This document shows positions 39,436-49,586 of a stretch of 64,000 nucleotides of DNA, one piece after another. Position numbers and translations under genes: made by a program. How positions within the stretch are numbered: the first letter of the stretch is position 1; each line of letters opens with the position of its first letter. The stretch is from an uncultured Chloroflexia bacterium (lineage in GTDB: Bacteria; Chloroflexota; Limnocylindria; Limnocylindrales; CSP1-4). The notes beneath the pieces were generated by a model. It made no database searches. It was not told the origin of the DNA and was given only the letters and a program-made list of their open reading frames with translations. The stretch spans positions 307,534-371,533 of the forward strand of contig CAWHXD010000019.1 of NCBI GenBank assembly GCA_963833225.1, written 5' to 3'.

Positions 39436-40350
39436 ATGAAGCTCGGCTTCCTGACCGCCCCGTTCCCCGAGACCCCGCTGATGGAGGTGGCCGACTGGGC
39501 CGCCGACTCGGGGTTCGAGGTCCTTGAGATTGCCTGCTGGCCGAGGAGCGAGGGGCCCACCCGTCGCTACGCCGGGACGAGCCACATCGACGTCGCCAAC
39601 CTGTCCGCGGACCAGGCGAAGGACATCCGGGCCGAGGTCGAGGGCAAGGGCCTGTCCATCTCGGGCCTCGGCTTCTACCCCAACCCGCTCCACCCGGACC
39701 CCGAGCTCCGGGCATCCGCGATCGGCCACCTCAAGAAGGTGATCGACGCCGCCGAGAAGATGGACATCGAGCTCGTCAACACGTTCATGGGCGGGGACGC
39801 GGCGATGAACCAGGACCAGAACTGGGAGGAGGCGCTCCGCGTCTGGCCCGACCTCGTCCGGTACGCGCAGGACCACGGGCGCAAGATCACGCTCGAGAAC
39901 TGCCCGATGCTGTTCAGCTACGACGAGTGGCCGGGTGGCCACAACATCGCCACCACGCCCCGGATGTGGCGCCGGATCCTGGAGCAGTGGGCGGGCACGA
40001 TCGGGCTCAACTTCGACCCGAGCCATCTCGTGCTCCAGATGATCGACACCGGCCGGTTCCTCAAGGAGTTCGGCGCCCACGTGCTCCACTACCAGGCCAA
40101 GGACCTGATGATCGACCGGGACGGCCTGTACGAACGCGGCATCTTCAGCATGGGCATGGGCTGGCAGATCCCGCGGATCCCCGGTCTCGGCGACGTCGAC
40201 TGGGGGATCGTGCACGGCGAGCTCTATCGCCAGGGCTACCAGGGCGACTGCATCATCGAACACGAGGATCGCCGGTTCGAGGGCACGGACGAGAAGGTCA
40301 AGCAGGGGTTCCTGATCGCCCGGGATGTCCTCCGACCGTACTGCCACTGA
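39436..40350 (+). CDS. Sugar phosphate isomerase/epimerase (xylose-isomerase-like TIM barrel)
   Basis: ORF track 304 aa. Contains GFEVLEI, ITLENCP, GLNFDPSHL and IIEHED, the typical AP-endonuclease-2/xylose-isomerase-like metal-ligand pattern. Confidence 0.8.
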   Translation: MKLGFLTAPFPETPLMEVADWAADSGFEVLEIACWPRSEGPTRRYAGTSHIDVANLSADQAKDIRAEVEGKGLSISGLGFYPNPLHPDPELRASAIGHLKKVIDAAEKMDIELVNTFMGGDAAMNQDQNWEEALRVWPDLVRYAQDHGRKITLENCPMLFSYDEWPGGHNIATTPRMWRRILEQWAGTIGLNFDPSHLVLQMIDTGRFLKEFGAHVLHYQAKDLMIDRDGLYERGIFSMGMGWQIPRIPGLGDVDWGIVHGELYRQGYQGDCIIEHEDRRFEGTDEKVKQGFLIARDVLRPYCH

Positions 40351-40386
40351 TCGTCCGAGCCTCGATCTGACCCGACACGGAGCACC

Positions 40387-41133
40387 ATGACTATCGACAT
40401 CGCCGACCTCACCGAGCGCGACATCGCCAAGACCATCGACCACAGCCTGCTCCGCCCCGAGCTGGACGACGCCTTCGTTGAGGCCGGCTGCCGGCTGGCG
40501 GCGAGGTATGACGTGGCATCCGTGTGCGTCCGCCCGGTGGACGTGCGGCGCGCGAAGGCGATCCTCGATGGCACCGACGTTGCGGTTGGCACGACCATCG
40601 GCTTCCCGCACGGCAACCACGCCACCGAGACCAAGGTGTTCGAGGCCCGGCGGGCGCTGGCCGACGGCGCCACCGAGCTGGACATGGTCCTCCAGATCGG
40701 CGCGCTCAAGTCCGGCCGCGACCAGGAGGTGGAGGACGACATCCGGGCGGTGGTCGAGGTCGCCCATGCCGCCGGCGCCATCGTCAAGGTGATCTTTGAG
40801 AACGCCTATCTCACCGACGAGGAGAAGATCCGGGCCTGCCGGCTCACCGAGGCGGCGGGCGGCGACTTCGTGAAGACGTCCACGGGCTTCGCGCCCTCGG
40901 GCGCCACCCACGAGGACCTGCGGCTGATGCGGGCGAACACCAGCCCACACGTGCGGGTCAAGGCGGCCGGCGGCGTCCGCACGCTGGACGCGCTGCTGGC
41001 CGTGATGGAGCTGGGCGTGACCCGGATCGGCGCCACCGCCACCGAGACGATCATCCTGGACTTCCGGGGCCGCAAGGCCGGTGAGGCCGGCGATCGGGCG
41101 GCAGCGAGCGTGCTCGACGGGACGGGCTACTGA
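40387..41133 (+). CDS. deoC: Deoxyribose-phosphate aldolase family (DeoC-like class I aldolase)
   Basis: ORF track 248 aa. Contains IDHSLLRPE, SVCV, GFPHG, VKVIFENAYL, DFVKTSTGF (Schiff-base Lys) and VKAAGGVRT. Confidence 0.85.
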   Translation: MTIDIADLTERDIAKTIDHSLLRPELDDAFVEAGCRLAARYDVASVCVRPVDVRRAKAILDGTDVAVGTTIGFPHGNHATETKVFEARRALADGATELDMVLQIGALKSGRDQEVEDDIRAVVEVAHAAGAIVKVIFENAYLTDEEKIRACRLTEAAGGDFVKTSTGFAPSGATHEDLRLMRANTSPHVRVKAAGGVRTLDALLAVMELGVTRIGATATETIILDFRGRKAGEAGDRAAASVLDGTGY

Positions 41134-42213
41134 TGACCGTCCGCGTCGGGATGCTGGGCTGCGGGTTCATCGGGGAGTTCCACGCGCTCGGCCTGCGCTA
41201 CGTCCGCGACGCACAGCTCGTCGCCAGCTGCGACGCCAGCCCGGAGCGCCGCGACGCCTACGCGGCGCGGTTTGGGGGCCGGGCCTATGCCACGGTGGAC
41301 GAGGTGTGCGCCGATCCCGAGGTGGACCTCGTGATCGTGTCGCTGCCCAACCACCTGCACCGCGACGCGGTTCTCGCGGCGGCCGCGGCCGGCAAGGGGG
41401 TCGCCTGCACCAAGCCGCTCGGGCGCAACGCCGGCGAGTCGGCCGACATGCTGCGTGCGGTCCGCGACGCGGGCGTGTTCAACGCCTACCTCGAGAACGT
41501 GATCTTCAACCCCGACCTGCTCCGGATGCGCGACATGGTCGAGGCGGGCTCCATCGGCCGGCTCACGACCGTGCGGGCCCGCGAAGGGCATTCCGGGCCG
41601 CACGCCGCCCACTTCTGGGACGCAGAGCTGGCCGGCGGCGGGCGCGCTGCTGGACATGGCCTCGCACGGCGCCGAGTACGCGCGGTTCCTGTTCGGCAAG
41701 GACCTCGCGGTGACGGACGTGTTCGCCTGGGGCGCCACCCTGGTCCACGGCGAGCGGACCGGGGGCGAGGACAACGCCGTGATGGTCATGCGCTTCGCTG
41801 ATGGACGCGCGGCGACGGTCGACGTCTCGTGGTCGTCGAAGGGCGGTCTCGAGGGCCGGTTCGAGGCCTACGGCGATGGCGGGCGGCTGATCACGGACAT
41901 CAGCGTCGGGTCGCTCAAGGCGTTCGTGGAGCGGCCGTCGGGCTACGTGGTGGAGAAGGCGGACGCCGAGACGGGCTGGATCTTCCCCGTGCCCGACGAG
42001 GTGCGCGTGCACGGCCACGACCTGATGATGGCGGACGTGATCGGCGCCTTCGCCGACGCCCGGGCGCCTCGGGAGACGTTCCGGGACGGGTACGTCGTCA
42101 ACGGGATCCTCGACGCTGCGTACCGGTCCCTCCGATCCGGCCGCTGGGAGCCCGTGACGCTCGAAGCCTCGCTGCTCGCCGGGCCGGCCATGGCTGCGGG
42201 GCATACCGCGTGA
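41133..42213 (+). pseudogene. Gfo/Idh/MocA-family oxidoreductase with an apparent +1 frameshift at about 41636-41646
   Basis: ORF 41133..41801 reads MTVRVGMLGCGFIGEFH...VACTKPL...FWDAELAGGG, then degenerates. ORF 41656..42213 continues ASHGAEYARFLFG... in the next frame. Removing one base restores AGGGALLDMASHG (the family G-G-x-L-x-D-x-G/S-x-H block). Length minus 1 is divisible by 3. Confidence 0.8.
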
Positions 42214-43031
42214 CGGGCCCCGTCCTGGCCACGCCCGCTGTGCCGGTGACCGCGGCGGACACCTGGCTGCGGGCGGCCGCAGACGTGCTCGCCCGTGTCG
42301 CGAGCACCCAGGCCGCGGGGATCGAGACCGCCAGTCGCTGGTGCGCCGACGCGATCGCCGCCGACGGCCTGGTCCACCTGTTCGGCACCGGGCACTCGCG
42401 GATGCCGGTCGAGGAGATGTTCCCGCGCTACGGGTCGTACCCGGGGTTCAACCCGATCGTCGAGCTGTCGATGACCTTCCACACCCAGGTGGTGGGCGCC
42501 AACGGCCAGCGGCAGGCGATGTTCATCGAGCGCCAGCCCGGGCTGGCCGAGGTCATCCTGTCCAACTTCCGGTTCGGACCACTGGACGTGATGATGATCT
42601 TCTCGGCAAGCGGCCTGACCGCGGTCCCCGTTGAGATGGCGCTGGGTGCCAGGGCGCGCGGAATGCGGGTGATCGCCGTCACGTCCGTGGACCAGTCGAT
42701 GTCCGCGGAGCCCGAGCCCGCCGCGGGCCGCCGCCTGCTCGATGTCGCCGATCTCGTGCTGGACCTGTGCTCTCCTCATGCGGACGCAGCGGTGACGATC
42801 CACGGGCTGGACAGTCCGGTTGGCCCTGTGTCGACCATCGGGGCAGTCGCCATCGTCAATGCCATCAAGTCCCGGACCGCCGAGCTCCTCGTGGAGCGCG
42901 GGGCCATGCCCCCGGTCATCAGCCGCGCGAGCGCGGTCGGTGCTCAGCGGTCGAGGGAGCTGTTCGACGAAGCCTATCGAGAGCATGCACGGCGGCTCGC
43001 CCATGCGATCGACCAGCAAGGAGGTGCGTGA
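42210..43031 (+). CDS. SIS-domain protein (UPF0309-like sugar-phosphate isomerase/binding protein)
   Basis: GTG at 42210 overlaps the upstream stop. In frame with ORF 41829..43031. Contains LVHLFGTGHSRMPVEEMFPRYGS and DVMMIFSASGLTAVPVEMA. Confidence 0.7.
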   Translation: MTGPVLATPAVPVTAADTWLRAAADVLARVASTQAAGIETASRWCADAIAADGLVHLFGTGHSRMPVEEMFPRYGSYPGFNPIVELSMTFHTQVVGANGQRQAMFIERQPGLAEVILSNFRFGPLDVMMIFSASGLTAVPVEMALGARARGMRVIAVTSVDQSMSAEPEPAAGRRLLDVADLVLDLCSPHADAAVTIHGLDSPVGPVSTIGAVAIVNAIKSRTAELLVERGAMPPVISRASAVGAQRSRELFDEAYREHARRLAHAIDQQGGA

Positions 43032-43123
43032 CGCCCCAAGGACTCAGCGACATTGCCAAGGGTTCCTGGCGGACCTCGACTCTTCCTGGAGTCACCGGCC
43101 GCCACAAGGAGGAGAAGGACTAG

Positions 43124-44317
43124 ATGAAGCAACTCAAGACGGCCCGCGGCCTGGTCGCGATCGGTGTGATCGCGATCATCGTGGGCGCATGCAGCGGCGG
43201 TGCTGCCACCCAGGCCCCGGCCACGTCGGCTCCGGCCACGGCGGCTCCGGCGGAGTCGATGGCCCCCGAGAGCATGGCTCCCGAGAGCATGGCCCCGGCG
43301 GCGACCGGCCCGTTCGCCATCGGATACTCGAACGGCGGCGGCGTGGGCAACGGGTTCCGCGAGGAGCAGGTCTGCACCGCGAAGGCCGAGGCAGCGGCAC
43401 TGGGCACGGACAAGATTTCCGGGCTGAACGTCATCCACCGCAACACCGATGCTGCCGGACAGCTGTCGGACCTGCGGGACCTGATCTCGGCGGGCGTCAA
43501 CGCGCTCGTGTTCAACCCGAATGACCCGGATGCGCTCAACCCGGCCCTGGCCCAGGCGAATGCGGCTGGGATCGTGACCGTATCGGTTGACGCCTATGTC
43601 ACCGACCCGGACACGTGGAACTTGTACAACAACCAGGTCAAGTACGCGGAACTCGGCGCCAAGTGGCTGTTCGACCAGATCGGCGGCAAGGGCACCGTGT
43701 GGTACACCCGCGGGCTCGCCGGCCATCCGGCCGACTCCGACCGCGACATCGGGTTCAAGAACGTCCTCAAGGACTACCCGGACATCAAGATCGTCCCGGA
43801 CGCGAACGGCGTGTTCACGGGCTGGGATCCGGCCACGACCACCAACCTGGCCAACGACTTCATCGCCAGCGGCCAGTACGACAAGATCGACGGCATCTGG
43901 GCATCCGGCATGGGCGCCCAGATCGTTGACGCGATCAAGGCCGCCAACAAGCCCTTCGTGCCGATCGCCGACGCCGACATCGGTGCGTTCGTCGCGCAGC
44001 TGCTCAATCCGACCGACTACCCGGGCCTGGTCGGCGCGGCCGTGACCAACACGGCCTCCGTCGGCGGCGCCGGTGTCAATCTGGCGTACAAGCTGCTCAG
44101 TGGCGAGACGGTCGAGCAGACCCCGGGCGCGGGGCGCCCGAACACGATCCTGCTTGACCCGCAGGTTCTGGACAACACCACCGACCAGGGCAAGACTGAC
44201 CTCCAGGCGTGGATCTCCGTTCCCAACATGGATCCGCTCTGGCCGCTCAGCCTGTCGATCCCGGGTTGGACCGACTACGATCCCAACACGGTTCCGTCGA
44301 CCTGCCAGGGCGGCTGA
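43124..44317 (+). CDS. ABC transporter periplasmic sugar-binding lipoprotein
   Basis: ORF track 397 aa. Lipobox IIVGAC at the end of the signal peptide, an Ala/Pro/Ser/Met linker with a triplicated MAPES peptide, then a type-I periplasmic binding fold (GYSNGGGVGNGFR...). Confidence 0.85.
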   Translation: MKQLKTARGLVAIGVIAIIVGACSGGAATQAPATSAPATAAPAESMAPESMAPESMAPAATGPFAIGYSNGGGVGNGFREEQVCTAKAEAAALGTDKISGLNVIHRNTDAAGQLSDLRDLISAGVNALVFNPNDPDALNPALAQANAAGIVTVSVDAYVTDPDTWNLYNNQVKYAELGAKWLFDQIGGKGTVWYTRGLAGHPADSDRDIGFKNVLKDYPDIKIVPDANGVFTGWDPATTTNLANDFIASGQYDKIDGIWASGMGAQIVDAIKAANKPFVPIADADIGAFVAQLLNPTDYPGLVGAAVTNTASVGGAGVNLAYKLLSGETVEQTPGAGRPNTILLDPQVLDNTTDQGKTDLQAWISVPNMDPLWPLSLSIPGWTDYDPNTVPSTCQGG

Positions 44318-44384
44318 ACTCGATCCCCATCAACCGGGGGACGCCGGCCGAGCCGGCGTCCCCCTCATCCTCAATCGGGAGCCC

Positions 44385-45920
44385 ATGACGTCCACCGATA
44401 CCGATCTCCTGCTCGAGGCGACAGGAGTCTCTAAGGCATATGGCGCGGTTGTTGCGCTCACATCGGCGTCGCTTGCGGTGCGACCAGGCGAGGTGCATGC
44501 CCTGCTTGGTGCCAACGGCGCCGGCAAGAGCACGCTGGTCAAGATCCTGACCGGCGCGGTACATCCGGACAGCGGCCGCATCGTCGTCCGCGGGCGGGAA
44601 CGGACCTCGCACTCGCCGGCCGAAGCGCGTCGCAACGGACTGGTCTCGGTCTACCAGGAGCCGTCGCTCATCCCCGACCTCGACATCCGCGCCAACCTGC
44701 GACTGACTCGGACGCCAATCGAGCCGTTCCGCCACTGGGTCAACGAGCTTGGCCTCGAAGACCTCGACATGGCCAGCCTCGCGCGAAGACTGCCACTGGC
44801 CTCCCTGCGGATCATCGACCTCGCGCGCGCCCTTGCCATCGAGCCCGACGTGCTGCTGATGGACGAGATGACCGCCGCCCTGCCGGCCAACCTGACCGAC
44901 CGCGTGCTCGAGGTGATCGGTCACCAGGGGGGTGGCGATCGGTCGGTGATCTTCATCTCCCACCGCATGATCGAGATTGCCGCCGTGTGCGACCGGGCGA
45001 CGGTCCTGCGCGAGGGAGAGACGGTCGGTGTGGTCGACATCACCGCCGGCTCCGAGGAGCGCATCGTTGAGCTCATGCTTGGCGAGATCGACGTCCTGCC
45101 GGGTCAGCTCCTGGAAGGGCGTGGCGCGGCCGCCAGCCGGCGAGACGCGATTCCACGGATCGAGGCCCGCGGGTTGCGCGCGACTCGCCGGCTGAACGAC
45201 GCCTCGTTCACCCTCCATGCCGGCGAGGTCCTGGGGATCGTCGCGCTCGATGGCCAGGGTCAGGACGAGCTGTTCGACATCCTGGCCGGCTCGGACCGCC
45301 CCACGGGCGGCCAACTGCTGGTCAACGGCAAACCAGTCGCGTTCCGGCACCCTGCCGACGCCATCCGGGCCGGCCTCGTCTACGTCCCGGCAGACCGGGC
45401 CGAGGCGCTCCTGATGCAGCGCTCCGTCCGCGAGAACATCGCCCTGCCCTTCCGTACGCGGTTCCGGAGCTGGGGCCTGATCGACTTGGGCGGTGAGGGT
45501 CAGATGGTGCACGCCGCGGTCGAGAGGCTGCAGATCGATGCCCGAGCCGGCAACGAGGTGCGACGCCTGTCGGGCGGCAACCAGCAGAAGGTCACCATCG
45601 CCCGCTGGGTTGCGGGCGGCGTCCAGACGATGCTGTGCTTCGACCCCACGCGCGGCATCGACATCCGAACCAAGCAGCAGATCTATGTCCTGTTGCGCGA
45701 GCTGGCCGCGGCCGGGGCGGCCGTGCTCCTGTACACGTCGGAGCTCAAGGAGATCCAGCTCGTCTGCGACCGCGCGATCGTCATCTTCGGTGGCGAGGTC
45801 GTCGCCGAGCTGGAGGCCGCCACAGCCGACGAGGCGGCCCTGCTCCGGGCGGCGCACAACCTGCCACCGGAGGGGGCACCGGCGACCGGGGTCGCCGGTG
45901 CGGCCGGAGGCCTGGCATGA
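44385..45920 (+). CDS. Sugar ABC transporter ATP-binding protein (duplicated ATPase domains)
   Basis: Met at 44385, in frame with ORF 44073..45920. Walker A GANGAGKST, LSGGNQQKV signature in the second half, Walker B LLMDE and LCFDP. Confidence 0.9.
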   Translation: MTSTDTDLLLEATGVSKAYGAVVALTSASLAVRPGEVHALLGANGAGKSTLVKILTGAVHPDSGRIVVRGRERTSHSPAEARRNGLVSVYQEPSLIPDLDIRANLRLTRTPIEPFRHWVNELGLEDLDMASLARRLPLASLRIIDLARALAIEPDVLLMDEMTAALPANLTDRVLEVIGHQGGGDRSVIFISHRMIEIAAVCDRATVLREGETVGVVDITAGSEERIVELMLGEIDVLPGQLLEGRGAAASRRDAIPRIEARGLRATRRLNDASFTLHAGEVLGIVALDGQGQDELFDILAGSDRPTGGQLLVNGKPVAFRHPADAIRAGLVYVPADRAEALLMQRSVRENIALPFRTRFRSWGLIDLGGEGQMVHAAVERLQIDARAGNEVRRLSGGNQQKVTIARWVAGGVQTMLCFDPTRGIDIRTKQQIYVLLRELAAAGAAVLLYTSELKEIQLVCDRAIVIFGGEVVAELEAATADEAALLRAAHNLPPEGAPATGVAGAAGGLA

Positions 45921-46924
45921 GCGTGACGACCGGCACGCTCGACGCCCTGCGGGTCCGGCCGCGCAAGACGCTGGCGGGCATGGTCCGGCGCAACGGTTGG
46001 ACGCTCGGGCTGCTCGCGTTCCTCGCAGCGCTGCTTGTGCTCACCAAGATCATCCAACCCAACTACGGCGCGTTGGGGATCCAGAACCTGGCCGTCTCGG
46101 TCATGCCGCTGGCGATGGCCGCCGTTGCCCAGGCGATCATCGTCATCTCCGGCGGGATCGACCTCTCGATCGCCTCGATGATGGCCCTCACGAGCGTGGT
46201 GTCGGCCGAGCTGATGAAGGGCCAGAGCGAGGAGTTTGGCGTCGCCGTCGTGGTCGGCGTGATCCTGCTCGGCATGTTGCTGGGTGCGATCAACGGCACG
46301 CTGGTCGTACTGACCCGAGTGCCGGACATCGTCGTCACGCTGGCTACCTACTTCGTATGGGCGGGCTTCGCGCTGCTCGTGCGGGCGTCGCCCGGCGGTG
46401 GCGCGTCGACGTGGCTCAAGGACCTCGTCAGCGGCTCGGTTGGCAGCGACCTCGTGCCGAAGGCGGCACTCGTCTTCCTGATCATTGTGTTCGTGATCTG
46501 GATCCCTGTCTCGCGATCGCGGACGGGGCTGTCGATCTACGCGGTCGGCAGTCGGCAGCTGGCCGCATTTCGCAGCGGCGTGTCCGTCGGCACGACCAAG
46601 GTCATCGCCTACGTCCTGGGGGGGCTGTTCGCGGCACTTGGCGGGCTGTCACTCACGGCCAGCACCGGGATCGGCACACCGGTCCCGGAGCCCACCTATA
46701 CCCTGATCAGCGTCGCCGCCGTCGTCTTGGGTGGTGTCAGCCTGGCCGGCGGCGTGGGCGGCGTCCTGGGCCCGATCCTCGCCGTCCTCGTCCTGCAGCT
46801 GATCCGGACGGACATGACGTTCCTGAGCATCAACTCGAACATGGCCCTCGTGGCGCAGGGCTTCATCCTGATCGGAGTGCTGATGGTCGGCAGCTGGATC
46901 CAGATCCGCCGGAGCCGGGCGTGA
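45917..46924 (+). CDS. ABC transporter permease (ribose/xylose-type, BPD_transp_2-like)
   Basis: Met at 45917 overlaps the upstream stop (ATGA). In frame with ORF 45635..46924. Multiple TM helices and an IIVISGGIDLSI block. Confidence 0.85.
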   Translation: MSVTTGTLDALRVRPRKTLAGMVRRNGWTLGLLAFLAALLVLTKIIQPNYGALGIQNLAVSVMPLAMAAVAQAIIVISGGIDLSIASMMALTSVVSAELMKGQSEEFGVAVVVGVILLGMLLGAINGTLVVLTRVPDIVVTLATYFVWAGFALLVRASPGGGASTWLKDLVSGSVGSDLVPKAALVFLIIVFVIWIPVSRSRTGLSIYAVGSRQLAAFRSGVSVGTTKVIAYVLGGLFAALGGLSLTASTGIGTPVPEPTYTLISVAAVVLGGVSLAGGVGGVLGPILAVLVLQLIRTDMTFLSINSNMALVAQGFILIGVLMVGSWIQIRRSRA

Positions 46925-47910
46925 GCGCCACTGCCGACGCCCCCGGTCGGAGCCTCGCGCCTGCGGCGTGGCGAAGCCTGCTGCGCGACTATCCGCTCAT
47001 CCCCCTGACCGGCCTGCTGCTGATCCTGGTGGTCGCCGTGGAGATCGGCCAGCCGGGAACCGTCAAGCCATCGTGGGCCGGCGTCGTCGCCCGGGCGACC
47101 ATCCCCCTCGCCATCCTCGCCGGCTGCCAGACGCTGACCATGCTGACCGGCGGCATCGACCTGTCGGTCGGTTACGTGGCATCGATGGCAGGCTTCGTGA
47201 CCGCAACGCTCGTCGGGCCATTGGGCGTGCCGCTGGCGATCTTGGCCACGCTCCTCGTCGCCGCGATCGCGGGCCTGATCAGCGGCGTCGGGGTCGGCAT
47301 CTTCCGCGTCCACCCGTTGATCATGACCCTCGGCATGGGCCTGGTCGTGCTCGGTTTCTCCAACGTCTGGCAGTTGCAGATGGTGCAGACCGGGTCGGGC
47401 GTGCCGTCCGAGCTGCGGACGGTGGGCGTCGGCCTGGTGGCGGACATCATTCCGTACAGCCTGGTCGTGTTCGTCCCGCTCGCCGCGCTGATCCTGTTCG
47501 GCCTCCGGCGCAGCGGCTACGGCCGGCTGTTGTTCGCGATCGGCGACAACCCGGTCGCGGCGCGCCTGTCCGGGGCGCGATCCTGGCAGGTGCTGATCGT
47601 CCTGTACATCATCTCGGCCGTCCTGGCCGCGGTCGCCGGTCTGCTCTATTCGGGACTGGGCAACACGGCCAGCGTGACCCTCGTCCAATCGCAGCTGCTG
47701 CCGTCGGTCGCTGCCGCCGTCATCGGCGGAACCTCGATCCTGGGCGGCCGCGGCACGTTCACGGGCACCATGCTCGGCGCGCTGATCCTGACCGTGCTGA
47801 CCGCGCTGCTCACCATCCTCGGCCTGCCCGAGCCGTGGCGCCAGATCGTGTTCGGCTCGATGATCGTCGCCGTCGCCGCGGCGTACACCCGGGTCACCAC
47901 CGAGTCCTGA
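46921..47910 (+). CDS. ABC transporter permease (second subunit)
   Basis: GTG at 46921 overlaps the upstream stop. In frame with ORF 45493..47910. Contains LTMLTGGIDLSVGYV and GGTSILGGRG blocks. Confidence 0.85.
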   Translation: MSATADAPGRSLAPAAWRSLLRDYPLIPLTGLLLILVVAVEIGQPGTVKPSWAGVVARATIPLAILAGCQTLTMLTGGIDLSVGYVASMAGFVTATLVGPLGVPLAILATLLVAAIAGLISGVGVGIFRVHPLIMTLGMGLVVLGFSNVWQLQMVQTGSGVPSELRTVGVGLVADIIPYSLVVFVPLAALILFGLRRSGYGRLLFAIGDNPVAARLSGARSWQVLIVLYIISAVLAAVAGLLYSGLGNTASVTLVQSQLLPSVAAAVIGGTSILGGRGTFTGTMLGALILTVLTALLTILGLPEPWRQIVFGSMIVAVAAAYTRVTTES

Positions 47911-47913
47911 GCG

Positions 47914-48849
47914 ATGAGCGAGCCGGCCGCGACGCGTCACCTGGGACTCGACCTCGGGGGCACCAACCTCAAGTGGGCGGTCGTCGAGCAGGCGAGCGGC
48001 ACGTGGACGGCACTGGCGCACGAGCAGGTGCCCACGCGGACCGTGGCGGATCCGGACCGCATGCCGGACACCGTGGTCGCCCAGCTTGGCGAGGTCGCGG
48101 TCCGGGCCATCGCCGAGCACGGTCCCGTCCTGAGCGTCGGGATCGGCGTGCCGGGGCTGTACGACCCGGCCACCGGCCGCACCCGGTTCCTGGTCAACGT
48201 GCCTGGCCCCTGGGCCGGGTACCCGGTCGCCGGGCCCGTGTCCGAGACCGTCGGCGTGCCGGCCTTCCTGATCAACGACGCGCGGGCGTTCGGTCTTGCC
48301 GAGCTGCGGCTGGGTGCCGGACGGGGGGCGCTTTCGATGGTCGGGCTCACCCTGGGGACCGGCGTGGGTGGCGTGCTTGCGATCGACGGACACGTGCACC
48401 AGGGCCACGACGGCACCGCCGGGGAGATCGGGCACCAGACCATCGACCCGGACGGGCCATGGTGCGGGTGTGGGAACCGCGGCTGTGTGGAGGCCTACGC
48501 GCGGGCCGATCAGATCGCGGCGGCATGCGGGACGGAGACGGCCGAGGAGGCGGTGCGCGCCGCGCGGGCAGGTGATGAACAGGCGATCTCGGGGCTGCGC
48601 GACGTGGGTCGGTACCTCGGGATCGGGATCGCGAACATGATCACCGTCGTGTCGCCGGACCGGATCGTCCTCGGCGGCGGGGTGGCCGCAGCCGGAGACC
48701 TGCTGTTCGAGCCGATCCGCGCCGAGATCCGACGCAGGGTCACGACGACGTCGATCGACGACGTGACGCTGGTCGCGGCGGAGCTCGGGACCTGGGCGGG
48801 GGCGATCGGGGCGGCCGTGCACGGAGCCGAGTGCGCCGGGGCGATGTGA
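47914..48849 (+). CDS. ROK-family sugar kinase
   Basis: ORF track 311 aa. N-terminal LGLDLGGTNLKWAVV, then LTLGTGVGGVLAIDG and GEIGHQTIDPDGPWCGCGNRGCVE (zinc motif). No HTH domain. Confidence 0.85.
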   Translation: MSEPAATRHLGLDLGGTNLKWAVVEQASGTWTALAHEQVPTRTVADPDRMPDTVVAQLGEVAVRAIAEHGPVLSVGIGVPGLYDPATGRTRFLVNVPGPWAGYPVAGPVSETVGVPAFLINDARAFGLAELRLGAGRGALSMVGLTLGTGVGGVLAIDGHVHQGHDGTAGEIGHQTIDPDGPWCGCGNRGCVEAYARADQIAAACGTETAEEAVRAARAGDEQAISGLRDVGRYLGIGIANMITVVSPDRIVLGGGVAAAGDLLFEPIRAEIRRRVTTTSIDDVTLVAAELGTWAGAIGAAVHGAECAGAM

Positions 48850-49586
48850 CGGTCGTGGATGGGGGGACGCCGCTGCCGCAGTACCGCCGGATCGAGCTGG
48901 CGCTGCGCGAGCGGCTGGCGTCGATGCCGCCCGGTGAGCGGCTCCCTTCGGACGATGAGCTGTGCCGCGAGTTCGCCGTCAGCCGGATGACGGCCCGCAA
49001 CGCGATGCTCCGGCTGGCGGAGGACGGGCTGGTCCAGCGGATCCCCGGGCGCGGCACGTTCTCGGTGGCCGCGCCGTCGCACCGGCACGCGGACCGCCTG
49101 ATGGCCTTCTCGCAGGAGATGGCCCGGATGGGGCGGGTTCCGTCCTCCCGGCTCCTGGACCGGGACATCCGGCCATCCACGGCGGACCAGGCGGCCGCCC
49201 TCGGTCTGCGCGCGACCGAGCCCGTGGTCATGGTCCGCCGGCTCCGGCTCGCGGACGGCGAGCCGATCGCGCTCGAGACCGCGGTGCTGGTGCGGCGGAC
49301 GGCGGACGTGGTGATGGCCACCGACCTCGAGGATGGCTCGCTCCACGGGGCGCTTGCGGCCGCCGGGCTGCACCTGCGTCGCGGCAACGCGACCATCACC
49401 GCCGAGGCCGCCAGTCCCGAGGATGTCCGCCTCCTGGGCGTGCCCAGGGGGTCGCCGCTGCTCGTGGAGCGGCGGGTGATCTCCGACGTGGCAGGCCGAC
49501 CGGTAGAGGCCACGGAGTCGCGCTACCCGGGCGACCGCTACGCGCTGGACGTGCGGTTCGAGGTGGAGGAGGGGATCCGGGGCTGA
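48831..49586 (+). CDS. GntR-family regulator, HutC/UTRA subfamily
   Basis: ORF track 251 aa. Contains LPSDDELCREFAVSRMTARNAMLRLAEDGLVQRIPGRGTF, then a UTRA-like effector domain. An alternative GTG start at 48846 overlaps the kinase stop. Confidence 0.85.
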   Translation: MRRGDVTVVDGGTPLPQYRRIELALRERLASMPPGERLPSDDELCREFAVSRMTARNAMLRLAEDGLVQRIPGRGTFSVAAPSHRHADRLMAFSQEMARMGRVPSSRLLDRDIRPSTADQAAALGLRATEPVVMVRRLRLADGEPIALETAVLVRRTADVVMATDLEDGSLHGALAAAGLHLRRGNATITAEAASPEDVRLLGVPRGSPLLVERRVISDVAGRPVEATESRYPGDRYALDVRFEVEEGIRG

